From positions 3,168,001 to 3,232,000 of the forward strand of contig OY820579.1 in assembly GCA_963681965.1 (NCBI GenBank): a stretch of 64,000 nt of DNA, read 5' to 3'. Both the position numbers and the translations under genes were made by a program. Positions 58,327-64,000 of the stretch are shown piece by piece (position 1 is the stretch's first letter; each line of letters starts with the position of its first letter). The notes under the pieces are model-generated. The model saw nothing but the letters and a program-made list of their open reading frames with translations. It made no database searches and was not told where the DNA came from. Source of the stretch: a bacterium (GTDB lineage Bacteria; Electryoneota; JAOADG01).

Positions 58327-59070
58327 TTACCTGCTCTCATGTTTGACATCGTGTTCACCGAACATCCATTTGTGCCACAGATAGTCGAGGGAATCAACGT
58401 TTGCACCATAAACCTGTTCGATTTTACCCAATCCCAATTTATGAAGCTCCATTAGCTTCTTCTTACCATATCGTTCTTCGAGAAATTGATAAAAAAGTCC
58501 CGCTTGAGCGTATGCGTAACGCGTGTTTCCATTATCTGAGAGGAATAATTGATCGTTAGCGATCAGGAACCGGATAGAAAAGATCTGAAAATCATATTCA
58601 TCCATCAATTTTAGATATCGCTTCTTATACAATTTTCCAACGTTAGTAAGCTTGTTCGAAACGAATTCCGCCATTCCTTCGATTTCAAAACTACTGGCTC
58701 TCATTCCGAGTATGGCGTGAGTGGTTTCGTGAATAATTCCGCGCTTATCGCCGACACTAGCTTTATCGACATAAATGATATGATGGTGCGCCTCCATTCT
58801 TCCCGATTCGTATACATAGACTTGTAAGGTATCTTGATAAGTCGTATCGAAATACTGGGTAACGTCATGGATTGCGGTTTCCACGTTCCTGCGCAACTGG
58901 TATTTTTTCCAAATATTGAGTCCATCGACCAAGCTATCATCAATCACAATATTGTACTTTTTGGAAGTACCGCAACCATCACTCCCCAACAGCAGCAGCA
59001 TAGCGATCAAGCAAACCAATGCTTGACACATAATGCGATTGAAGAAAGATTTTTGGTTGATATCAGTCAT
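58327..59070 (-). CDS. Peptidase MA-like (gluzincin) putative lipoprotein
   Basis: HETTH...EGMAE; YAQAGLFYQFLEERYGKKKL; hydrophobic N-terminus with Cys; start could be 59100. Confidence 0.75.
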   Translation of the reverse strand: MTDINQKSFFNRIMCQALVCLIAMLLLLGSDGCGTSKKYNIVIDDSLVDGLNIWKKYQLRRNVETAIHDVTQYFDTTYQDTLQVYVYESGRMEAHHHIIYVDKASVGDKRGIIHETTHAILGMRASSFEIEGMAEFVSNKLTNVGKLYKKRYLKLMDEYDFQIFSIRFLIANDQLFLSDNGNTRYAYAQAGLFYQFLEERYGKKKLMELHKLGLGKIEQVYGANVDSLDYLWHKWMFGEHDVKHESR

Positions 59071-59174
59071 GGTGCGAAATCTCTTCTCCTTTTCGTTCAT
59101 GCAATCGCGTAAATAAAGATTTGGTACTTCTTGTTCGTCATGCCAAACTGCTGGAATATGCAGTGGCAGATCAG

Positions 59175-60014
59175 CTAATGCGAATTACTATCTTTCTGAT
59201 AATTCAGAAAACTCTTTTTTTCATTCCCAGACTTTCCCACCAATACGGGAGCTTCTTTACTCTCGCTTCGATAATGGTCGAGATCTTTTTCTTTGAACAT
59301 CCATTTTCGCCATAATGCGTCAAGTGAATCGACACTGACTCCATAAACCGATTCGATTTTACCAAATCCCTGCACGTAAAATTCTTTCAACTTCTTTTTC
59401 CCATAATAATCATCCAGGAAGAGATAAAATAAACCCGCCTGTGCATATGCGAATTTGATCAGTGCTGTATCCAGAAAAAAATTCGACTGATTTTTTATCA
59501 TGTAATCCAATGAGGAGATTGAGTAGTCGTTTCGGCTGAACGATTCCAAATATCGCCATATGACCTTTTGATAATTTGTATCGTCGGTCATAAATTTATT
59601 TTCCATTAATACAGCTAAACCTTCGTTCTCAAACCGTGTTCGATTGACACCCAGTACCGCGTGAGTCGTTTCGTGAACAATGTTATAATCGTGCTCAAGA
59701 TCGTCAATATTAAAATAAATTATATTGTTCCCGGCTCCGCTACCTCTAGTACTAAATATGTACACATGTAAGGTATCTGAATATGAAGTATCCAAATATT
59801 GTGTCACGTCGTAGATCGCTTCATCGATTTTCTTGATTATTTTATGTTTCTTCGAAGCACTAATCCCGCCGACATAGCTGTCGTCAATAATGATAGTATA
59901 CTTTTTTGAAGAACCGATCTGATTACAACCGAGCAGCAGGATCAGCGCCGGTATGCTACCGAAAAAGATCAATAACACTAGTGGTGAGAGAAAATATTTC
60001 GTTCGATCATTCAT
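59175..60014 (-). CDS. Peptidase MA-like (gluzincin) lipoprotein, paralogue of the neighbouring gene
   Basis: LLLGC lipobox; HETTH...EGLA; YAQAGLFYLFLDDYYGKKKL; GGTGGAG RBS before ATG 60014. Confidence 0.78.
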   Translation of the reverse strand: MNDRTKYFLSPLVLLIFFGSIPALILLLGCNQIGSSKKYTIIIDDSYVGGISASKKHKIIKKIDEAIYDVTQYLDTSYSDTLHVYIFSTRGSGAGNNIIYFNIDDLEHDYNIVHETTHAVLGVNRTRFENEGLAVLMENKFMTDDTNYQKVIWRYLESFSRNDYSISSLDYMIKNQSNFFLDTALIKFAYAQAGLFYLFLDDYYGKKKLKEFYVQGFGKIESVYGVSVDSLDALWRKWMFKEKDLDHYRSESKEAPVLVGKSGNEKKSFLNYQKDSNSH

Positions 60015-60124
60015 GGTGCACTCCACCAATCCCATGATCATTCAGCGCGATTCGCGCGAGAGAGTTTTCAATTAGTAATTTTTTGTTCGTCTATCACAAA
60101 CTGAACACGTTATGAAGGTTCTTG

Positions 60125-60199
60125 TACCCCCGATGCGACTCGAACGCATGACCTACAGATTAGGAATCTGTTGCTCTATCCAAACTGAGCTACGGGGGC
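60125..60199 (-). tRNA. tRNA-Arg(CCT), CCA not encoded
   Basis: Minus-strand cloverleaf: GCCCCCG/CGGGGGT acceptor, ACAGA-TTCCTAA-TCTGT anticodon arm, TTCGAG T-loop. Confidence 0.95.
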
Positions 60200-60212
60200 A
60201 AAAAGAGCATTG

Positions 60213-60277
60213 TGCGACTCGCGCGTAAGAGCTACATATTAGGAATCTGTTGCTCTATCCAACTGAGTTACAGGGGC
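60213..60277 (-). pseudogene. Degenerate tandem copy of tRNA-Arg(CCT)
   Basis: attaggaatctgttgctctatcc identical to the tRNA; T-arm mutated and 3' acceptor strand absent. Confidence 0.8.
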
Positions 60278-60312
60278 GAAGAAGAATTATATCGCAGCGA
60301 TTATGTTTTATG

Positions 60313-60337
60313 GTAGGGGCGGTTCGCGAACCGCCCT
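60313..60337 (+). repeat. Solitary GTAG-type REP palindrome
   Basis: gtag followed by gggcggttc-gc-gaaccgccc inverted repeat. Confidence 0.75.
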
Positions 60338-60543
60338 AATCCGGAATCGATGCACTAATTCAAATGAATTCGCTGACATCCAATCTTCCGGGAAAGTCGG
60401 AATTAATTTCGAGACGTCTGTCTTTCTTGATATTCCATTGGATTGATAGATACAGGAAATTGACGAAGGCGAAATATCATGTACCCCAACCGTAAAAAAG
60501 ACGAGCTGCAAATAGACGCGTTGGTCAAAACCTTAAAATAAGG

Positions 60544-60819
60544 TTAATACTCGATCTCGAAACCGCGATACCCTTGTGGATCGCCCCAATCAAATTCCAC
60601 ATTATTCACATGCGAAAACCGGTTACCGGTCTGAATGACATGTAACATCTGTTCCAACAGGTGCTTTTCGCCCTCGGCAGTAAATTCCACCGTACCGTCC
60701 CAACAGTTCCGTACCCAACCGGTCAAATCGAATTCCATCGCAGTTCGACGAACGAATGCCCGAAAACCGACTCCCTGCACCCGACCGGATACGATTCCGT
60801 GAAGACGAGTCTTCGCCAT
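60544..60819 (-). CDS. acyP: Acylphosphatase
   Basis: VSGRVQGVGFR, GWVRN..DGTVE; TAATG coupling with the asnS stop. Confidence 0.93.
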   Translation of the reverse strand: MAKTRLHGIVSGRVQGVGFRAFVRRTAMEFDLTGWVRNCWDGTVEFTAEGEKHLLEQMLHVIQTGNRFSHVNNVEFDWGDPQGYRGFEIEY

Positions 60820-62120
60820 TACGGATTGATCCGATAGATCGTCCGAGGGAAGGGGATAGTTTCGCGAATGTGATGAATTCCACAGATCCAGGCTGTTGTT
60901 CTTTCGACGCCGATTCCGAATCCGCTGTGCGGTACGGTGCCATAACGTCGTAAATCGAGATACCATTGAAACGGTTCCATCGGTAATTCGTGGTGTTGAA
61001 TGCGACCAACCAACGTATCGTAATCGTCTTCACGTTGACCGCTGCCAATTATTTCGCCGTACCCTTCCGGAGCCAGAAGATCGGCACCCAGCGCCCAACG
61101 AGCATCGTTGGGATCGCGCTTCATATAAAATGCTTTCACTTCGTGCGGGAAGCGATGCACAAACAGTGGTCGATCGAATTGTTTTGTCAATACTGATTCG
61201 TCCGGTGCACCAAAATCGTCGCCATCCTTCACGATCTGACCCAGATCGCGCAACATTGCCACCGCGTCGATATACGATATTCGCGGGAAGGGCTTCTGCA
61301 CATTTTCAAGTTTGCTCAGATCGCGACCGAGTTGTTCCAATTCGGTGCGACGCTCTGCCACAACCTGCTTGACCACTTCTACCATAAAATCTTCGGTGAA
61401 GTCGATCAACTCATCGAATTCCATCCAGGCAATTTCCGGTTCCACCATCCAGAATTCCGTCAAATGGCGACGCGTCTTCGACTTCTCTGCCCTGAATGCC
61501 GGACCGAAACAGTAGACTCGGTTCATCGCCATCGCACCGGCTTCCTGATAGAGTTGACCGGATTGTGAGAGAAACGCGCTCGTGCCGAAATAATCGACAG
61601 TAAACAGTGTCGATGTCCCTTCGCACGCGTTCGGAGTGAAGATCGGCGAATCGAAACAGATAAAACCGTTCGAATCGAGATAGTTACGAATCGCTTTGAT
61701 AACGCTATGACGCACCTTCAGGATGTTTACTTGATCCTGACGACGAACCCACAGGTGACGACGGTTCAGTAGAAAATCCTCACCGTGATCTTCTTCTCCC
61801 GGATCTTTCGGAGTAATCGGATACTCGACCGACGGTCCGACGATTTCCAAATTGGACAAGAAGATCTCATAACCACCCGGTGCGCGGCTGTCGGCATGCA
61901 CTTCACCGGTCACCCGTACCGAAGCTTCCTGTGCCAGACTATCCGATGCGGCAAATGTCTCGTCGCCGACATGTTTCTTGGATACGACTGCTTGGCAAAT
62001 TCCGGTACCGTCCCGCAGAATCAGAAATTTCAATTTGCCCGATGACCGCATTTTGGTTACCCATGCGCCGAGCGTTACCGTCTGTCCGTCAAATTCGCCA
62101 ATTTTATCTAGCGTAATCAT
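60819..62120 (-). CDS. asnS: Asparagine--tRNA ligase
   Basis: OB-fold FLILRDGTG, LSQSGQLY, FRAEKSKTRRHLTEFWM, EIIGSGQRE, PHSGFGIGVER; GAGG RBS before ATG 62120. Confidence 0.93.
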   Translation of the reverse strand: MITLDKIGEFDGQTVTLGAWVTKMRSSGKLKFLILRDGTGICQAVVSKKHVGDETFAASDSLAQEASVRVTGEVHADSRAPGGYEIFLSNLEIVGPSVEYPITPKDPGEEDHGEDFLLNRRHLWVRRQDQVNILKVRHSVIKAIRNYLDSNGFICFDSPIFTPNACEGTSTLFTVDYFGTSAFLSQSGQLYQEAGAMAMNRVYCFGPAFRAEKSKTRRHLTEFWMVEPEIAWMEFDELIDFTEDFMVEVVKQVVAERRTELEQLGRDLSKLENVQKPFPRISYIDAVAMLRDLGQIVKDGDDFGAPDESVLTKQFDRPLFVHRFPHEVKAFYMKRDPNDARWALGADLLAPEGYGEIIGSGQREDDYDTLVGRIQHHELPMEPFQWYLDLRRYGTVPHSGFGIGVERTTAWICGIHHIRETIPFPRTIYRINP

Positions 62121-62137
62121 TTTTTCCTCAATTGTGA

Positions 62138-62240
62138 TTCTCATTAATGCGTTGTCATCAATAGTAGGGGCGGACCCCCGTGTCCGCCCGAAGTCCAGGC
62201 GAATCCTGACACAGAATTGAGACAACTGATTTCAAGAGAA
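62138..62240 (+). repeat. Composite GTAG-REP/MITE-like element, copy 4 (short)
   Basis: gtaggggcggacccccgtgtccgcccg identical to copy 2; caggcgaatcctgac; right end gacaactgatttcaagagaa inverted to left ttctc...gttgtc. Confidence 0.85.
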
Positions 62241-62298
62241 ACTAACAAATATGTGATTTAAACATTCCAGCATATTTCATTATTGCTGAATTGTTGTA

Positions 62299-63312
62299 TT
62301 AATCTTCCCGTTTCAATTTTCGAAGCATCAATTCCAGAGCGACTTGCCGCATCTCCTTACCGGAGAACATGACATCGTACATCGCTTGTGCGATCGGCAT
62401 TTCGACGCCTACCTGTCGCGATAATTCTACTGCCGCAACGGTCGCATTCACTCCTTCGGCAACCATCGTCATGGTGCGAAGAATTTCGTCGATCTTATAC
62501 CCTTTTCCTAGTTGCTCGCCGACATACCGGTTGCGGCTATGCTTCGACATACAAGTGGTAATTAAGTCACCCAGTCCCGACAATCCCGAGAATGTCGCTG
62601 GCTGACCACCGAGCTTCACCCCAAGGCGAGTGATTTCCACCAATCCCCGGGTCATCAACATCCCTTTGGTGTTGTCGCCGAAACCGAGACCATCGCAAAT
62701 ACCTGTTGCTACTGCGATCACGTTTTTCAACGCACCTGCCATTTCGACACCGACCACATCGGTACTGGAGTAAATCCGGAAAGTAGATCCACTCAACAGA
62801 TGCTGCACCTGATGTGCCAAGTCGATATCGTCACAAGCAACGACCACCGAAGTGGGAAAATTCATCACCACTTCTTCGGCATGCGATGGACCGGAGAGAA
62901 TTGCAATCCGACTTGCTTGGTAGCTGGGAATCTCATCGGAGATCACCTGCGACATTCGCAGATGCGATTTCAGTTCCAACCCCTTCGTCGCACTCACAAT
63001 CGGCGCTTCCGGTTGGTACTGCGCAATCTGCCGGGAAACCTCTCGCACCGTATGGCTCGGTACTGCGATAATAATCAATTCGGCTTTGTCGAGAGCACTC
63101 TCCAGATCGCTGGTAAAATGAAGTTCCTGTGGAATTTTGAATCCGGGTAACAGAATCGGAGCTTCTCGTTTTCGATCCAGTTCAGAGCAGACTTCCGGTC
63201 GGAATTCCCACAGGGTAACTTCGTGACCTTTCGCATGGGCAAGAGCACCTAGACCCAATCCCCAGGATCCGGCACCAATAATGGCAATACGATGTCCATG
63301 CATACTCTGCAT
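62299..63312 (-). CDS. gpsA: NAD(P)H-dependent glycerol-3-phosphate dehydrogenase
   Basis: GAGSWG, TKGLE, SGPSHA, GALKNVIA, GLGDL..TC.S..SRN, AEGV. Confidence 0.97.
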   Translation of the reverse strand: MQSMHGHRIAIIGAGSWGLGLGALAHAKGHEVTLWEFRPEVCSELDRKREAPILLPGFKIPQELHFTSDLESALDKAELIIIAVPSHTVREVSRQIAQYQPEAPIVSATKGLELKSHLRMSQVISDEIPSYQASRIAILSGPSHAEEVVMNFPTSVVVACDDIDLAHQVQHLLSGSTFRIYSSTDVVGVEMAGALKNVIAVATGICDGLGFGDNTKGMLMTRGLVEITRLGVKLGGQPATFSGLSGLGDLITTCMSKHSRNRYVGEQLGKGYKIDEILRTMTMVAEGVNATVAAVELSRQVGVEMPIAQAMYDVMFSGKEMRQVALELMLRKLKRED

Positions 63313-64000
63313 TACGCTACAACCTTTCCGACATAGGTAACGTTTTCATCAATCAAGCTTCGAAGTTGTTGTTCAGATCCCGGTTCTGCGACAATGATCA
63401 ATCCAATTCCCAAATTCATCGCTTCGCGCATCGCATCATCCGATACTTCACCCAAGCGTCGAATAAGTTCAAAGATCGGCGGTTCCTGCCAATTCCCCCA
63501 CTCGATCTCCAGATGAAGTGGTTCCCGGAGCAATCGTTTTGTATTGCCGACAATACCACCACCGGTGATGTGTGAAAAACCGTGTACCCACTCAAATTGG
63601 CGAACCTTTCGAATAGGAGCCAGATAGCTTCGATGGACTGCTAACAGCGCATCTGCCAGTGTAGTTCCGTCGTGTAATTTCTCATGTTGTGACAGTCGCG
63701 ACTTTTCAAACAGGACTTTGCGAGCCAGAGTAAAACCGTTCGTGTGCAATCCCGTCGAAGCCAAACCCCACAATTCGTCTCCAGCTTTGATACGCGATCC
63801 ATCCAGTACTGGTAAATTAGTGGGTATGCTCCCAATGATCGTTGCACCTAAATCGAATTGACCGGGAATAAACACGCCATTCAACTCGGCAGTTTCACCG
63901 CCGATGAGCGCGATTTGATTATTCGTACATCCTCGAACCAACCCTTCCAACAGGGCGATATCGCGCTCGGGATCGAGTTTATCGGTTGCCAGCGTATCGA
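63312..64000 (-). CDS. purM: Phosphoribosylformylglycinamidine cyclo-ligase, 5' truncated by the window edge
   Basis: LIGGETAE, STGLHTNGF, HITGGG..GN, N.GIG. Confidence 0.93.
   Translation of the reverse strand, partial: DTLATDKLDPERDIALLEGLVRGCTNNQIALIGGETAELNGVFIPGQFDLGATIIGSIPTNLPVLDGSRIKAGDELWGLASTGLHTNGFTLARKVLFEKSRLSQHEKLHDGTTLADALLAVHRSYLAPIRKVRQFEWVHGFSHITGGGIVGNTKRLLREPLHLEIEWGNWQEPPIFELIRRLGEVSDDAMREAMNLGIGLIIVAEPGSEQQLRSLIDENVTYVGKVVA

Noticed and set aside
60308-60511. 67-aa minus-strand ORF ending RAVREPPLP
   Set aside because: The C-terminus is the translation of the REP palindrome; no other coding support
62121-62225. N-terminal extension of asnS in the ORF track
   Set aside because: It runs through repeat copy 4; a good RBS and the family N-terminus favour ATG 62120

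Overview
Mostly core chromosome of a diderm bacterium, probably FCB-group but not a classical Bacteroidota. That placement is inferred from several secreted proteins with 'AYPNPFNP' C-terminal sorting domains and from gene content. Housekeeping blocks: the rimP-nusA-infB-DUF503-rbfA-truB-ribF-rpsO-pnp-M16-dut run, tilS-ftsH-(PEGA)-folE, purM-gpsA-asnS-acyP, argF, recO, rsgA, an EF-G2-type paralogue, manC, a Crp-family regulator, tRNA-Asp(GTC) and tRNA-Arg(CCT). No CRISPR array, rRNA, integrase or transposase was seen. Most notable non-routine signals: (i) a ~100-135 bp dispersed element in four copies that nests a GTAG-REP hairpin and a covarying GCGAAGC hairpin inside imperfect terminal inverted repeats; (ii) a single-polypeptide DprE1-DprE2 fusion beside a polyprenyl-phosphate phosphoribosyltransferase, i.e. 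a lipid-linked arabinose pathway; (iii) two adjacent secreted paralogues with different N-terminal payloads on a shared C-terminal chassis carrying an HFS motif that may be autoproteolytic; (iv) an accessory stretch next to tRNA-Arg with a His/Cys-repeat + ankyrin + TPR protein, tandem gluzincins, a truncated gene and a decayed tRNA duplicate; (v) a TPR lipoprotein + TraF/FadL-like barrel + START cluster; (vi) a FolE with substitutions at catalytic positions; (vii) a degenerate GGDEF protein that keeps the RxxD site. All calls come from motif recognition by eye; no searches were run.
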